Assembly: GCA_965243025.1 (NCBI GenBank)
Contig: CBDETY010000003.1
Location: 4,896,001-4,960,000 of the forward strand
From: Candidatus Latescibacterota bacterium
GTDB taxonomy: Bacteria > Latescibacterota > UBA2968 > UBA8231
Direction of reading: 5' to 3'
Length of the DNA stretch: 64,000 nt
Position 1 is the stretch's first letter, and the number at the start of each line of letters is the position of its first letter. This document shows, piece by piece, positions 1 through 13,387 of the stretch. The translations under genes were made by a program, and so were the position numbers. The notes beneath the pieces were generated by a model that was not told the origin of the DNA, did not search any database, and was given only the letters and a program-made list of their open reading frames with translations.

Positions 1-139
1 TGACGTCGGCATGGCGGCGTTTTCCCGGCGCCGATACGACGACGAGCCGGCGCTGCTGGTCCGCCTGAATGATCTCGGCGACTGCGCGGACCGACGAGGA
101 GGTCGCCAGGGAGCTGCCGCCGAATTTAACCGTTTTCAT
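1..139 (-). CDS. lysC: Aspartate kinase, N-terminal part (runs off the window edge)
   Basis: Not in the ORF track. Manual translation from ATG 139 gives MKTVKFGGSSLATSSSVRAVAEIIQADQQRRLVVVSAPGKRR, with the KFGGSS and VVVSAPGK aspartokinase motifs. Confidence 0.85.
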   Translation of the reverse strand, partial: MKTVKFGGSSLATSSSVRAVAEIIQADQQRRLVVVSAPGKRRHADV

Positions 140-297
140 CCTGGCTCGATTTTCAATCCCGGCTGGCTGAAGAAACCGAACTTACGGCTGCAATCGAATC
201 CTGAAAAACGGCGAAGAGTGCCTGCAACGGAGGCCGGTACGGGGCCTGCCCGGGCCCTCCCGGGGACGGGACATCCCCTGAACGAGCGCGAAATGCC

Positions 298-1689
298 TTA
301 CGACGACGGCGAAACCATCTTCTCGGGCCGCACCCATTCATCGAACTGTTCCGCGCTGAGCAGCCCCATCTCCACGGCCGCCTCCTTCAGGGTCTTCCCT
401 TCGCTGTACGCGGTCTTGGCGACCTTCGCGGCGTTGTCGTAGCCGATATGGGGGTTGAGGGCGGTGACGAGCATCAGCGACTGCTGCATCAGTGCATCGA
501 TGCGCTCGCGGTCGGGCCTGATTCCCGCGGCGCAGTGGACGTCGAAACTGCGGACCGCGTCGGCCAGCAGCCGCGTCGAAGTCAGCACGTTGTGGATGAT
601 GACAGGCTTGAAGACGTTGAGCTCGAAGTTGCCCGAGGCACCCGCAAAACCGACAGCGGCGTCGTTGCCCATGACCTGGGCACAGACCATCGTCAGCGCC
701 TCGCACTGTGTCGGGTTGACCTTTCCCGGCATGATCGAAGAACCGGGTTCGTTTTCGGGAATCAAAATCTCGCCGAGACCGCTCCTCGGCCCCGAGGCCA
801 TCCAGCGCACATCGTTGGCGATCTTCATCAGCGATGCGGCGATCGTCTTCAACATTCCCGAGGCCTCGACCAGCGCATCGTGAGCGGCGAGCGCCTCGAA
901 CTTGTTCGGCGCCGTCACGAAGGGCTGTCCGGTCTCCCGGGCGATGGCGGCTGCCGCTTTTTCGTCGAACCCCTTCTTCGAGTTGAGGCCGGTTCCCACC
1001 GCGGTGCCGCCCAGCGCCAGTTTGTACAGCGGTTGCAGGGCGGCGGCGGCGCGTCGGATGCCCTCGTGCAGCTGTGCGGCATGACCGGAGAGCTCCTGGC
1101 CCAGGGTCAGAGGGGTGGCATCCTGCAGGTGGGTGCGGCCGATTTTTATCACGTCGTCGAAACGGTCGGTTTTTTCGTCGAACGTCGCGGCAAGCTGCTT
1201 CAGGGAAGGGATGAGGTTGTTGGCGATCGCGTCTACCGCGGCGACGTGCATCGCCGTGGGGAACACGTCGTTTGACGACTGGCTTCGGTTGACATGGTCG
1301 TTGGGATGTACCGGGTCCTTCGACCCCAATCTGCCTCCGGCCATCTCGATGGCGCGATTCGCAATCACCTCGTTGACGTTCATGTTCGACTGCGTGCCGC
1401 TGCCCGTCTGCCAAACGACCAGGGGAAAGTGATCGTCCCAGTCTCCGGCGATGACCTCGTCGGCCGCTTTGACGATCAGGTCGGCCAGGTCCTTCTCCAA
1501 GGCTCCCTGCTCATGGTTGACGAGGGCAGACGCCTTCTTGACGATTCCCAGCGCCTTGATCATTTCCCGGGAAAACCGCTCCTGGCCGATCGCGAAATTC
1601 TGCAACGACCGCTGCGTCTGGGCCCCGTAGTAACGGTCGGCGGCAACCTCGACGTCACCCATGCTGTCCGATTCGATGCGTACGTCCAT
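298..1689 (-). CDS. fumC: Class II fumarate hydratase
   Basis: [11 protein letters not shown] signature, [12 protein letters not shown] and [10 protein letters not shown]. Start moved to ATG 1689 ([11 protein letters not shown]), which has an AGGAG RBS. Confidence 0.97.
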   Translation of the reverse strand: MDVRIESDSMGDVEVAADRYYGAQTQRSLQNFAIGQERFSREMIKALGIVKKASALVNHEQGALEKDLADLIVKAADEVIAGDWDDHFPLVVWQTGSGTQSNMNVNEVIANRAIEMAGGRLGSKDPVHPNDHVNRSQSSNDVFPTAMHVAAVDAIANNLIPSLKQLAATFDEKTDRFDDVIKIGRTHLQDATPLTLGQELSGHAAQLHEGIRRAAAALQPLYKLALGGTAVGTGLNSKKGFDEKAAAAIARETGQPFVTAPNKFEALAAHDALVEASGMLKTIAASLMKIANDVRWMASGPRSGLGEILIPENEPGSSIMPGKVNPTQCEALTMVCAQVMGNDAAVGFAGASGNFELNVFKPVIIHNVLTSTRLLADAVRSFDVHCAAGIRPDRERIDALMQQSLMLVTALNPHIGYDNAAKVAKTAYSEGKTLKEAAVEMGLLSAEQFDEWVRPEKMVSPSS

Positions 1690-1798
1690 CTTTCTCCTCT
1701 CTGCTGATTCCGTTGTCAACTCCTGCCGGCACGGCAGGCAAACCGGCCCGCTGATCGATCATCGCAGCCGCTTCGACGGCTTGCCATGAGCGGACCTG

Positions 1799-3142
1799 TC
1801 ACCTTTCGAACTCCTCGAGGACGAGGTTTGCCTCCGTTTCGAGCCGTTCCAGAACCTGGGGGATCTCCCCCCCCTGCGCGACCTCGACCATCGCCTCTGC
1901 GATCTTGCGGCGCACCGCCTCATACCCCGGCACGGACGGCTCGGACTTGCCGAAGTCGAGAAACCCGTACGCCCTGCCGTAGCGTGGATTCTCCTCGAAG
2001 TAGCCGGCGAGCTGCGCCGCCGTGCTGCGGCGCACCGGGAAGTAGTTGCTCGCCCTGACCCAGCGCGCCTGCTGTTCCGGCGAGGTGAACCACTTGAGAA
2101 ACAGCCAGGATGCCAGCTGCTTCTCCGGCGTCGAACGGCACACCGACACGCTGGCGCCGTAGGCATTGAGCACCGGGTCTTCCCCGTCTCGAGGCGGCGG
2201 CGCCACATCCCACTCGAACCGGGTCGGGGCGTCGGCGAGGGCGCTGGCCACGAACGGAAGGCCGGAGGAGGAGCGGATCATGAACAGGACCTGGCCGAGA
2301 GCGAACTCGGTCTGGTCTTCGTAACGCTCGCTGAGCAGGTCCGCCGCCCCCTCCCGGATCAGGCCTTGCACCATGGTCAGGGCCTGCAGCATCTCCGGGG
2401 TATCGAGGGTATAGGCGGTTCGCTCCGGGTCCATGAAGTCGCCGCCCCGCGTGAAGACAAGGGTGGCCATCCGGCTCGCTTCCGCCTCGAACAGGTACCC
2501 CTTGCTGCGGCTGCCCGGCTGCGCCGCCTGAAACGGCCGGGACCTGGCCAGCCGGCAGAGGCGGGCGAACTCTTCCCAGGTCGCCGGGGGTCCCTCTTCG
2601 CCGAGCTCGCGCAGCCAGTCGGCGTTGAAATAGAGGATTTCCAGTGATCGGTTGGGTGGAAAACAGATCTGCTTGCCGTTGATGAAGTCCTGGGCGAGAA
2701 AGGCCTCCACGTAATCTTCCCGCTCCAGTGCACTCAATCCCCATTGCGGCGAGTTCATGTACGGGGTGAGGTCCACCAGGCCTTCTCCCATGTCGTAGAC
2801 GATGGCCTGGTTCTGATAGGCGACGACGATCTCGGGAAGCTCTCCTCCCTGCAGGCCGACCATCATCTTGTTGTAGATGTCGCTGTACCGCCCGGCGAAT
2901 TCTCCGCGCACGCGGATTCCGTGCTGATTGGTGCGGTTGAAGTCCTCGATCAGCTCCAGCAGGGCCTCTTCGCGCATCTGGGTGTGCTGGTACCAGAAGA
3001 CGACCTCCGCCCCGGACGGGTCGATCTCTTCCAGCGAGGGTGTCGTCGTCACCTGTCTGGCGGCGTCTTGCCGGGGCTCATCGCAGGCCAGGGCGAATGC
3101 CGCGAGAAGAAACAGCAGCGGATGTCCCAAGGTTCGCCTCAT
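1799..3142 (-). CDS. Carbohydrate/glycerol-3-phosphate-type ABC transporter substrate-binding lipoprotein
   Basis: Likely start ATG 3142 overlaps the permease stop (ATGA). Lipobox FALAC. Family 1 SBP features include VVFWYQH, LVDLTPY, PPATWEE and AWLFLKWF-like segments. Confidence 0.88.
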   Translation of the reverse strand: MRRTLGHPLLFLLAAFALACDEPRQDAARQVTTTPSLEEIDPSGAEVVFWYQHTQMREEALLELIEDFNRTNQHGIRVRGEFAGRYSDIYNKMMVGLQGGELPEIVVAYQNQAIVYDMGEGLVDLTPYMNSPQWGLSALEREDYVEAFLAQDFINGKQICFPPNRSLEILYFNADWLRELGEEGPPATWEEFARLCRLARSRPFQAAQPGSRSKGYLFEAEASRMATLVFTRGGDFMDPERTAYTLDTPEMLQALTMVQGLIREGAADLLSERYEDQTEFALGQVLFMIRSSSGLPFVASALADAPTRFEWDVAPPPRDGEDPVLNAYGASVSVCRSTPEKQLASWLFLKWFTSPEQQARWVRASNYFPVRRSTAAQLAGYFEENPRYGRAYGFLDFGKSEPSVPGYEAVRRKIAEAMVEVAQGGEIPQVLERLETEANLVLEEFER

Positions 3143-3984
3143 CCTTTCAGTCCCGACATGGAAATCCCGGAGGTGAACTCGCGCTGTACCATGGCGTAGA
3201 TCAACAGAACCGGTACGGTGGCGATCACGGCTCCCGCCATCTGCAGATGCACCTCGGGTCCGGCTTCGCTGACGAACTTCTGCAGGGCTACCGAAATCGG
3301 CCGCCATTCGGGGGAATTGGTGACCAGCAGCGGCCATCCCAGGGCGTTCCAGGAGCCGATGAGGGTGAACATGCCGACCGTCAGGAGGGGCGCCCGGCAC
3401 AGGGGCGCGGCGATCTGAAACAGGAACCGCAGGTGTCCGGCCCCGTCGATGCGGGCCGCGTCCCAGAGCTCGCCCGGGATCCCGCGCATGAACTGGCGCA
3501 GCAGGAAGATGCTGAAGGCGCTGCCCATGAACGGAATGGTGAGGGCCGGCCAGTTGTTGATCCAGTCGAAAGGGCTGTGCTGATGAAGCCATGACACGGT
3601 GAGGAAGTTGGGCACCATGGTGACCGTTTCGGGAACCATCAGGGTTGCGAGTATGCCGTAGAAGACCAGCTCGCGGCCCTTGAACCGCATGCGGGCAAGC
3701 GCGTAGGCCGCCAACAGGGAGAACAGCAGGGTCCCGCTGACCTGCAGGGCCGCGATCAGGAGCGAATTCTCGAAATATAGAGCGAAGTCCTCCTCCCTCC
3801 ATGCCCGGATGTAGTTGCTCCACTGCAGCTCCGCGGGGAGGAACACCCTCCTGAGGGTTTCGCCCCGGGTCATGAACGAGGCCAGCAGCATCCACGCAAA
3901 CGGGAGCCCTGCAACCACCGCCCCGAGGGCCAGCCCGGAGTACGTCACCCAGGGAAGCAGCCGTGGGTGCCTTGCCCGCTTCAC
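3139..3984 (-). CDS. Carbohydrate ABC transporter permease (MalG/UgpE-like)
   Basis: EAA loop ELWDAARIDGAG, YFENSL and AAYALAR, with multiple TM segments. Confidence 0.92.
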   Translation of the reverse strand: MKRARHPRLLPWVTYSGLALGAVVAGLPFAWMLLASFMTRGETLRRVFLPAELQWSNYIRAWREEDFALYFENSLLIAALQVSGTLLFSLLAAYALARMRFKGRELVFYGILATLMVPETVTMVPNFLTVSWLHQHSPFDWINNWPALTIPFMGSAFSIFLLRQFMRGIPGELWDAARIDGAGHLRFLFQIAAPLCRAPLLTVGMFTLIGSWNALGWPLLVTNSPEWRPISVALQKFVSEAGPEVHLQMAGAVIATVPVLLIYAMVQREFTSGISMSGLKG

Positions 3985-3988
3985 GCGC

Positions 3989-5116
3989 TCACTCCCCGTA
4001 GAAAACGCGCCGTCCCAGCAACCGGTTCTGGGCCAGGGTCAGGGCGAGAATCGCGGCGAACAGAATCAGCGACAGGCAGGAGGCGTAACCGGCGTCCTGG
4101 TAGTTGTAGAGGCGGTCGAAAATCAGGATGCTGACCACGTCGACAGTATCGCGGGCGCCGGCGGTGCGCAGGATGTAGATATGGTTGAAGGCCTTGAAGG
4201 TGCCGATGAAGCCGACCAGGGTAATGAAAAACAGGGTCGGGGAAATCAGCGGAACCGTGACGTGGCGGAAGGACTGCAGCGCGTTTGCCCCGTCCATGGC
4301 CGCGGCTTCGTAGTAGTGGCGGGGAATCGCGCTCAGTCCCGCCAGCAGGATCACCGTGTCGTAGCCGATGTAGACCCAGACGTTGTAGAGCACTACCGAG
4401 ACCAGTGCCAGACTCGGAAAGAACGTATTTGCCCATGCAGGGCAGGCGAGATCGAGTCCCTCGCAGACCAGGGCCGCGACGGATCGGCTCTCGAACAGCC
4501 AGCGCTGGTTTTCGAAGCCGAGAAAGCCCCAGAAGCGGTTGGCGAGCGATGAGGGATGTGGACTGAAAAGGGTGCGAAACAGGACCGCGGTGGCGATCAT
4601 CGGGGTGACGTAGGGCAGGAAGTAGAGAACGCGGAAGAAACCTCTGCCCAGGGATGCCCGGAAAAGCAGGCAGGCCAGAAATATCGAGACGCCGACCTCG
4701 ATCGGGATCGTGCCGAAGGCGTAGAATGCTGTTACCAGGAAGGAGTTGAAGAGCCGGGAGTCGCCCGTGCCCGCCATGCCGGCGACTCCGGCAAGCGCGG
4801 CGAGCGCTGCCAGGAGTCCGAGCCCGGCCCCGGTGGCCCGCAGCAGTTTGTGCTGCCGCCGCTGTGATCGGCGCCGCCTGGCCACCCACACCGCCAGCAG
4901 CCAGGCTGCGGCGGCCAGGAGGATGAGCCCGACGAACCAGGCTTCACCGAGGGCGCGCCGGTAGTGATCGAAGGCGACGAAATCCCCCTTCTTCAGACGC
5001 CAGCGATGCAGGCTGACGAAGAGGGCGTATCCGATCGGGAATATCCCGAAGACCCCCAGAACGGTGAGCGCCGGTGCCAGCAGGGCCCACGCCAGGCGCG
5101 ACTCAGCGGTCTTCAT
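3989..5116 (-). CDS. Carbohydrate ABC transporter permease (MalF/UgpA-like)
   Basis: EAA loop YYEAAAMDGAN, FRHVTVPLISP and AGYA. Carries an extra N-terminal TM hairpin. Confidence 0.92.
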   Translation of the reverse strand: MKTAESRLAWALLAPALTVLGVFGIFPIGYALFVSLHRWRLKKGDFVAFDHYRRALGEAWFVGLILLAAAAWLLAVWVARRRRSQRRQHKLLRATGAGLGLLAALAALAGVAGMAGTGDSRLFNSFLVTAFYAFGTIPIEVGVSIFLACLLFRASLGRGFFRVLYFLPYVTPMIATAVLFRTLFSPHPSSLANRFWGFLGFENQRWLFESRSVAALVCEGLDLACPAWANTFFPSLALVSVVLYNVWVYIGYDTVILLAGLSAIPRHYYEAAAMDGANALQSFRHVTVPLISPTLFFITLVGFIGTFKAFNHIYILRTAGARDTVDVVSILIFDRLYNYQDAGYASCLSLILFAAILALTLAQNRLLGRRVFYGE

Positions 5117-5146
5117 CGAGCAGCGGGCCGGGCGCTTCGGACTGCG

Positions 5147-5764
5147 TTACTCCCCTCCCAGCGCCTCGATCAGTACAGTGATTTTCACCTCGTCTCCGAG
5201 AACACCGGCGGCATCGATCCAGTTGTCGACCCCGTAGTCGGAACGCTTGACCGTCAACTCCGCGGCAAAGCCGGCAACCGCCTTGCCGTTCATCGGATGA
5301 ACGCCTACGCCGAGCACTTCTACCGGAAAGGTCACCGGTTTCGTCACCCCGTGGAGGGATAAAGTCCCGGTAACCTCGAGGAGGTCTTCCTTCCCTTTCT
5401 TCACCGATGTGCTGGCAAATTCGATCCGCGGGTATTTCTCGACCTCGAAGAAGTCAGCGCTTCTCAGGTGGTTGTCGCGACGCTCATTTCCGGTGTCGAT
5501 GCTTTTTGCCTCGATAACCCCCGAAAAGGCAGAGGCCTCAGGCGATGCGGGGTCGTATGTGACGGTGCCGCTGAATTCGTTGAAATGCCCGGTGGTGCGG
5601 CTGACAAGATGACGGATGCTGAAGTCTACCGACGAGTGCGAAAGGTCGACGACGTAGGTCCCGGCACCGGCTTCATGGGCCAGGGCCCACACCAGGGCAG
5701 GGAGAATCCACCGCGCGAGTGTACTGGAACTGCTCCTCCGTTGGCTGCCTGGATCTATCGGCAC
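5147..5764 (-). CDS. yceI: YceI-family polyisoprenoid-binding periplasmic protein
   Basis: HSSVDFSIRH, SIDTGNERRDNHLRSADFF and GTLSLHGVTK. GTG start at 5764 with AGGAGG RBS and a signal peptide. Confidence 0.9.
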   Translation of the reverse strand: MPIDPGSQRRSSSSTLARWILPALVWALAHEAGAGTYVVDLSHSSVDFSIRHLVSRTTGHFNEFSGTVTYDPASPEASAFSGVIEAKSIDTGNERRDNHLRSADFFEVEKYPRIEFASTSVKKGKEDLLEVTGTLSLHGVTKPVTFPVEVLGVGVHPMNGKAVAGFAAELTVKRSDYGVDNWIDAAGVLGDEVKITVLIEALGGE

Positions 5765-5777
5765 TGTTGCCTCCTTT

Positions 5778-5817
5778 AAAGAAAACCCCCGAAGCCGAAA
5801 CGCTTCAGGGGTTTTTC
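5778..5817 (-). terminator. Intrinsic terminator downstream of the tRNA cluster (bidirectional-looking)
   Basis: Hairpin AAAACCCC-CGAAGC...GCTTC-AGGGGTTTT, followed on the - strand by TTTTCTTT. Confidence 0.7.
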
Positions 5818-5846
5818 GATGATCCGCTTTGATAAGCGGCTCAAGT

Positions 5847-5920
5847 TGGCTGCCCCCCAGGGATTCGAACCCCGATAACATGATCCAGAGTCATGTGTCC
5901 TACCATTGAACGAGGGGGCA
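5847..5920 (-). tRNA. tRNA-Gln(CTG)
   Basis: Cloverleaf on the - strand. Anticodon arm CATGA-CTCTGGA-TCATG, GGTTCGAATCC T-loop and encoded CCA. Confidence 0.95.
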
Positions 5921-5925
5921 ATTTC

Positions 5926-6017
<92 letters not shown>

Positions 6018-6049
6018 GGACGTCCCGCAAAGGCGGGACTTTTCGCGCT

Positions 6050-6136
6050 TGGCGGAGGGCGTGGGACTCGAACCCACAAGGGTGTGAACCCGGCGGTTTT
6101 CAAGACCGCTGCCTTACCAATTAGGTCTAGCCCTCC
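6050..6136 (-). tRNA. tRNA-Ser(TGA)
   Basis: Acceptor GGAGGGC/GCCCTCC-GCCA, anticodon arm GCGGT-CTTGAAA-ACCGC and a long variable arm. Confidence 0.95.
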
Positions 6137-6170
6137 GAGACTTGATTTCCTCACGGGCCGCAGGGACAGA

Positions 6171-6198
6171 AATATAACCGCTCGCGGCCAATCGTCAA
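6171..6198 (-). promoter_or_regulatory. Sigma70-type promoter of the tRNA-Ser-Ser-Gln operon
   Basis: - strand TTGACG-16 nt-TATATT just upstream of tRNA-Ser(TGA). A 16-bp spacer is typical of stable-RNA promoters. Confidence 0.6.
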
Positions 6199-6250
6199 CT
6201 CGCCAGGTACTGGCTAAGCGGTTGAAATACAGGAGTATACGGCGATTCTC

Positions 6251-8776
6251 TCAGCCGTCGTCCGGTCTTGGAGGAGGTTGATTTCCGTTGCCTGAGTCCG
6301 GCATCGGATCACCGTTTCCTCCGATGGCGGATGCCTCTCCGTTGATTTCCCGGGTTTGGGACACCCGGGTCATGTCGATGACCCGATCCCCCTGATCCAG
6401 ACTGATGACCCTGACTCCCTCGGTATTGCGACCGATCTTGCGAATCCCGGCGACGGGAACGCGAATCATGATTCCGTTCTGGGTGACGATCATCACTTCG
6501 TCGTTCTCGGATACCTCCTTGCACGCCACAACCCACCCGTTGCGAGCGGTCGTTTTGATATCGATGACGCCCATGCCGCCGCGGCGAATCCGGGAGTACT
6601 CCCGGGGCTCGGTCCGCTTGCCGTAGCCGTTCTCGCAGAGGGTGAGTATGCTGCCCTGTCCGCGCAGAACGACCATGTCGACCACTTCGTCGCCGCCGCG
6701 CAGCTCGATCCCCTTCACCCCGGTCGAAACCCGCCCCATGGGGCGCACATCACTCTCCGTGAACCGCACCGCCTGGCCGCTGCGGGTTACCAGCATTACG
6801 TCGTCGCTGCCGTCGGTGATCGAGGCGCCGATCAGGTTGTCGTCCTCCTGAACCTTCAGGGCTATGATGCCGTCGCGGCGAACGTTTCCGTAGGCGGACA
6901 GCACCGTCTTCTTGATGATTCCCTTGCGGGTGGCGGTGAACAGAAAACGGTCCTCGGAAAACTCGCTGACCGGGACCACCGCCGAAATGACGTCGTCCGG
7001 CTGCAGATCGAGCAGGTTGACCACGGGCCGCCCGCGCGCCGCCCGGTCCCCTTCGGGAATACGGTACACCTTGAGCCAACGGCATTGGCCTCGAGCGGTG
7101 AGGAAGAGGATGTAGGAATGGGTCGAGGCGATGAACAGGTGCTCGACGAAATCCTCCTCGCGCGTCTTCATTCCCGTGACCCCGCGGCCCCCGCGCTGCT
7201 GTACCCGGTAAGCGTTCGGCGACATGCGCTTGACGTAGCCCGCCTTGGAGATGGTTACCACCATGTCCTCTTCGGCGATCAGGTCCTCGATGTCGAACTC
7301 CTCGGCGGAGTAGACAATTTCGGTACGGCGCTCGTCACCGAAGCGTTCGCGAATGTCGGCCAGCTCGTCCTTGAGGATCTGCATCTGCGCGCCGCGGTTC
7401 TCGAGAATGTGCTTCAGCTGACGGATCGTCTCCTGCAGGTTCTGGTATTCCTCTTCGATCTTGTCCCGCTCCAGGCCTGTCAGCCGCTGCAGCGGCATCG
7501 TCAGGATCGCCTGTGCCTGGATCTCGCTCAATTCGAAACGCGCCGTCAGCCGCTGCCGGGCCTCGTCCGGATTGGCGGAGTCCCTGATCAGCTCGATTAC
7601 GGCGTCTATGTTGTCCAGGGCGATGCGCAGGCCTTCGAGGATGTGGGCCCTTGCCTCGGCCTTGGCCAGGTCGAAGCGGGTGCGGCGCAGAACCACGTCG
7701 TGCCGGTGCTCGACGTAGTGCTCCAGCATCTGCTTGAGATTGAGGATCTCCGGGCGGCCGTTGACGACTGCCAGCATCATAACCCCGAAGGTCGTCTGCA
7801 GCATGCTGTGCGAGAAAAGCTGGTTGAGAACGACTTCCGACTGGACGGCACGTTTCAGCTCGACTACGATGCGCATGCCGCCGCGCCCGGATTCGTCGCG
7901 AATGGCGGAGATGTCCTCGACCGTTTTGTTGCGCACGAGGTCCGCCATCTTCTCGAGCAGCGTCGACTTGTCGATCAGGAACGGGATCTCGGTGACGATG
8001 ATGTTCTCGCGCCCGTCCCTCCGCGTCTCGATATGGGTGCGGGCCCGCAGCTGGATCGAGCCGCGACCGCTGCGGTACGCCATCTGCACCCCGTGCATCC
8101 CCTGGATGACTCCCCCGGTGGGGAAATCGGGTGCCTTGATCTTCTCCATCAATTCGGGCAACCCGATCCCCGGGTTGTCGATCAGAGCCGTCAGCGCATC
8201 GGCGACCTCCCGGACGTTGTGGGGTGGCATCCTCGTCGCCATGCCGACCCCGATGCCAACGGATCCATTGCACAAAAGGTTCGGGAACTTGGCCGGCAGC
8301 ACCGCCGGTTCCTGTCGGGTTTCGTCGTAGTTGTCGACAAAGTCGACGGTGTTCCGGTCGATGTCGGCAAGCATTTCGACCGCCGCCGGGGTCAGGCGTG
8401 CCTCGGTGTAGCGCATTGCCGCCGGGGGGTAGCCGTCGATGGAGCCGAAGTTGCCCTGGCCGTCGACGAGGGGGTAGCGCAGCCGGAAGTCCTGCGCCAT
8501 GTGCACCAGGGTGGCATACACTCCCTCGTCTCCGTGGGGATGGTAGTTCCCGGAGGTGTCGCCGGAGATCTTGGCGCACTTCCGGAACCCGCGTCCCGGC
8601 AGGAGGTTGAGGTCGTTCATCGCCACCAGGATGCGGCGTTGCGAGGGCTTCAGGCCGTCGCGCACGTCCGGCAACGCCCGCGCCATGTTGACGCTCATGG
8701 AGTAGTCGAGGTAGGAGGTCTTTATCTCGTCCTCCACCTTTACCGGAATTATTCGCGACTCTGGATGCTCCAGCAT
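6251..8776 (-). CDS. gyrA: DNA gyrase subunit A
   Basis: [18 protein letters not shown], catalytic AAMRYTE, GyrA-box QQRGGRG and C-terminal pinwheel repeats. Confidence 0.97.
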   Translation of the reverse strand: MLEHPESRIIPVKVEDEIKTSYLDYSMSVNMARALPDVRDGLKPSQRRILVAMNDLNLLPGRGFRKCAKISGDTSGNYHPHGDEGVYATLVHMAQDFRLRYPLVDGQGNFGSIDGYPPAAMRYTEARLTPAAVEMLADIDRNTVDFVDNYDETRQEPAVLPAKFPNLLCNGSVGIGVGMATRMPPHNVREVADALTALIDNPGIGLPELMEKIKAPDFPTGGVIQGMHGVQMAYRSGRGSIQLRARTHIETRRDGRENIIVTEIPFLIDKSTLLEKMADLVRNKTVEDISAIRDESGRGGMRIVVELKRAVQSEVVLNQLFSHSMLQTTFGVMMLAVVNGRPEILNLKQMLEHYVEHRHDVVLRRTRFDLAKAEARAHILEGLRIALDNIDAVIELIRDSANPDEARQRLTARFELSEIQAQAILTMPLQRLTGLERDKIEEEYQNLQETIRQLKHILENRGAQMQILKDELADIRERFGDERRTEIVYSAEEFDIEDLIAEEDMVVTISKAGYVKRMSPNAYRVQQRGGRGVTGMKTREEDFVEHLFIASTHSYILFLTARGQCRWLKVYRIPEGDRAARGRPVVNLLDLQPDDVISAVVPVSEFSEDRFLFTATRKGIIKKTVLSAYGNVRRDGIIALKVQEDDNLIGASITDGSDDVMLVTRSGQAVRFTESDVRPMGRVSTGVKGIELRGGDEVVDMVVLRGQGSILTLCENGYGKRTEPREYSRIRRGGMGVIDIKTTARNGWVVACKEVSENDEVMIVTQNGIMIRVPVAGIRKIGRNTEGVRVISLDQGDRVIDMTRVSQTREINGEASAIGGNGDPMPDSGNGNQPPPRPDDG

Positions 8777-8810
8777 TTTGGCGTTTTCTTGCCTTTTTCG
8801 GGTCTGATTG

Positions 8811-11090
<2,280 letters not shown>

Positions 11091-11104
<14 letters not shown>

Positions 11105-12203
11105 CCGCCAGGGGGATCTCGGTGAATCGGGCTGGTAGCTTTTCGTGTGGGGATTTGGGCGCGGTAATGACAACCTGACCGAAATCGGTCACGAGGTTCA
11201 ACAATTCCCTTGTTCGTTCCCCGTCGAGTTCAGAAAACATGTCGTCGAGGAGCAACACCGGCTGTTGTCCGTTACGTGCTTCCAGAAAACGCAATTCAGC
11301 CATCTTCCAGGCAATCAGCAAGCTCTTCCGCTGCCCCTGGGAAGCAAAGGTCTCCGCTGGTTCCCCATTCAGTTCGAACGAGATTACGTCCCGGTGGGGA
11401 CCGCAAAGGGTGTGGCCGGACAGCCTCTCCCGCTCTCGCCCCCGGTCCAGCTCCTCCCGAAGTTCGGCGCACAACTCTTCCCTGGTCGGCAGAGCCCCGG
11501 AATCGAGGGCGACGTCGGTGGTGCCGCTGTAAGCCAGTTTCAAAGCCTCGCGCCCGGTCGAGAAACGGGCGTAGTAGTTGGTCAACAAGGGCTGGAATTC
11601 AAGCAAAACCCCGAGGCGTTGTCGTCTGAGCGATCCTCCGAATTCGATAATCTGGACATCCCAAGGCTCCAGTTCGCGGCGAGATTCGGCGGCGGATTGG
11701 CAGCGCTTGAGACATCGGTTCCGCTGCACGAGAGCTCGCTGAAATCTCTGCAAGTCGTGCAGGTAGGACGCATCGGACTGCGAGATCAGGATGTCGAGCA
11801 GACGCCTCCTCTGAGCGGCAAAGCGCAGCACCAGGGTTACATCTTCGGGACAGAAATGAACGGTCTGAAACAGGGATACCAGATCGGACACGCGATCGAG
11901 CGGAGCGCCATCCAGGAAAACGCGTTTCCCCTGATCGGGAAGGTAGCACAACCGCACTTCCCGCTCGCGTCTCCCGTTGTCCCATACCCCACGGATGTCG
12001 AACTGGTTGCCGCCATGGGGCACTACTTCGCGGTCGCGAACTCCTCGCACCGACTTGCCGATCGACAGAAAGGAGATCGCTTCCAGAACATTGCTCTTGC
12101 CGCTGCCGTTCGGCGCGACGATCAGAACCCCATCCGGTGCCAGGGCCAATCTCGTGTTCCTGAGATTGCGAAACGGCCGCAGGGTCAGCTCGCGAATATG
12201 CAC
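11091..12203 (-). CDS. recF: DNA replication/repair protein RecF
   Basis: Walker A APNGSGKSNVLEAI, GPHRD, ASQGQ and PVLLLDDMFSELD. Confidence 0.96.
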
Positions 12204-12229
12204 GGGATACGCCGTTTGCTGGCATGGTC

Positions 12230-13387
12230 CTAGGACCCCGCTGGTCTCATCGGCATCAGCAGATAGAAAAATTCTCCTCCCTCTGGCTGCTCTTCCGGCT
12301 TCAGGACGGCGGCGGTTACCGAATCCCGGAACTCGATTACGACCTTGGAGGTGTCGACTTTCCTCAGGATCTCCATCAGATAACGGGAGTTGTATGCCAC
12401 TTCGAGAGGCTCCTCGTCGTATTCAGCAGGAATGACTTCACGACCCTCGCCACCTACTTCCTGGCTCGAGGCTGTGAGTTCGAGGTTGTTTCCCTCCAGA
12501 GCCAGTCGCACCTGGTGGGTAAAGCTGCTCGAGAGGATCGATACCCTTCTGACCGCTGGGAGCAGCCGATCAACGCCCACACTCAATCGCTTGTCGTTTT
12601 CTCGTGGAACCACTTGTTCGTAGTCGACGTACGGGCCCTCGATGAGGCGGGACAACACCTGTGTGCTGCCGAGGTCGAACAGGACCTGGTTTTCTCCTAC
12701 GATTGCACGGGCAATCTCCTCAGGCCCATCGAGCAACTTGGTAAGCTGGCTGCAAAGCTGAGGGGGCAGGATAACCTCCGCGGTCCCCGCCTCACCTCCC
12801 GCTTCACCCCAATAGTGCCGGTATTCGGCCAGGCGACTCCCGTCGGTGGCGGCCATGGCCATGAAATCCGATTCCATCCGCCATAGGACGCCGTTGAGAA
12901 CGGGCCGCGTTTCGTCCCGCGAGACCGCAAAACTGGTCTTTTCGATCATCGATTGAAGCAAGTGCCCGAGGCCTTCATGGCCGAAATCCATCGTCAGTCC
13001 GGAGAGGGTTTCCGGAATTTCAGGGAATTCATCAGGCGGCGATGTCGCGAGCACATACCTTCCCTCACCGCTGTCGGGTTCGCCCAGGGGGCCGGACAGG
13101 GCCAACTTTCCGTTTTCCAACAAGAAGGTCAGCTGGGCTTCAGGCCACTCTCGTGCAATTTCTGCAAATGTCCGGGCAGGCACCGTAATCCTTCCGGGCT
13201 GCTGTACATTGGCTGGAATCCGGGTCCGCATCGACAGATCGAGATCTGAAGAAGAGAGTATCAGGCGGTCATCCTCGGCTTCGGCAAGAATGTTTGACAG
13301 AACCGGTTGGGCTGGCTTGGAAGCTACAGCATCGAGAATGGTGTCGATTCCTCGCCACAAGTCATTGCGTTCAATCGTCAGCTTCAT
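12230..13387 (-). CDS. dnaN: DNA polymerase III beta sliding clamp
   Basis: FAVSRDETRPVLNGV, ATDGSRLA, SRLIEGPYVDY and C-terminal YLLMPMR. Confidence 0.97.
   Translation of the reverse strand: MKLTIERNDLWRGIDTILDAVASKPAQPVLSNILAEAEDDRLILSSSDLDLSMRTRIPANVQQPGRITVPARTFAEIAREWPEAQLTFLLENGKLALSGPLGEPDSGEGRYVLATSPPDEFPEIPETLSGLTMDFGHEGLGHLLQSMIEKTSFAVSRDETRPVLNGVLWRMESDFMAMAATDGSRLAEYRHYWGEAGGEAGTAEVILPPQLCSQLTKLLDGPEEIARAIVGENQVLFDLGSTQVLSRLIEGPYVDYEQVVPRENDKRLSVGVDRLLPAVRRVSILSSSFTHQVRLALEGNNLELTASSQEVGGEGREVIPAEYDEEPLEVAYNSRYLMEILRKVDTSKVVIEFRDSVTAAVLKPEEQPEGGEFFYLLMPMRPAGS

Noticed and set aside
140-297. Possible lysine riboswitch upstream of aspartokinase
   Set aside because: No AGAGGUGC-type core or recognisable lysine riboswitch architecture, and the gap is short.
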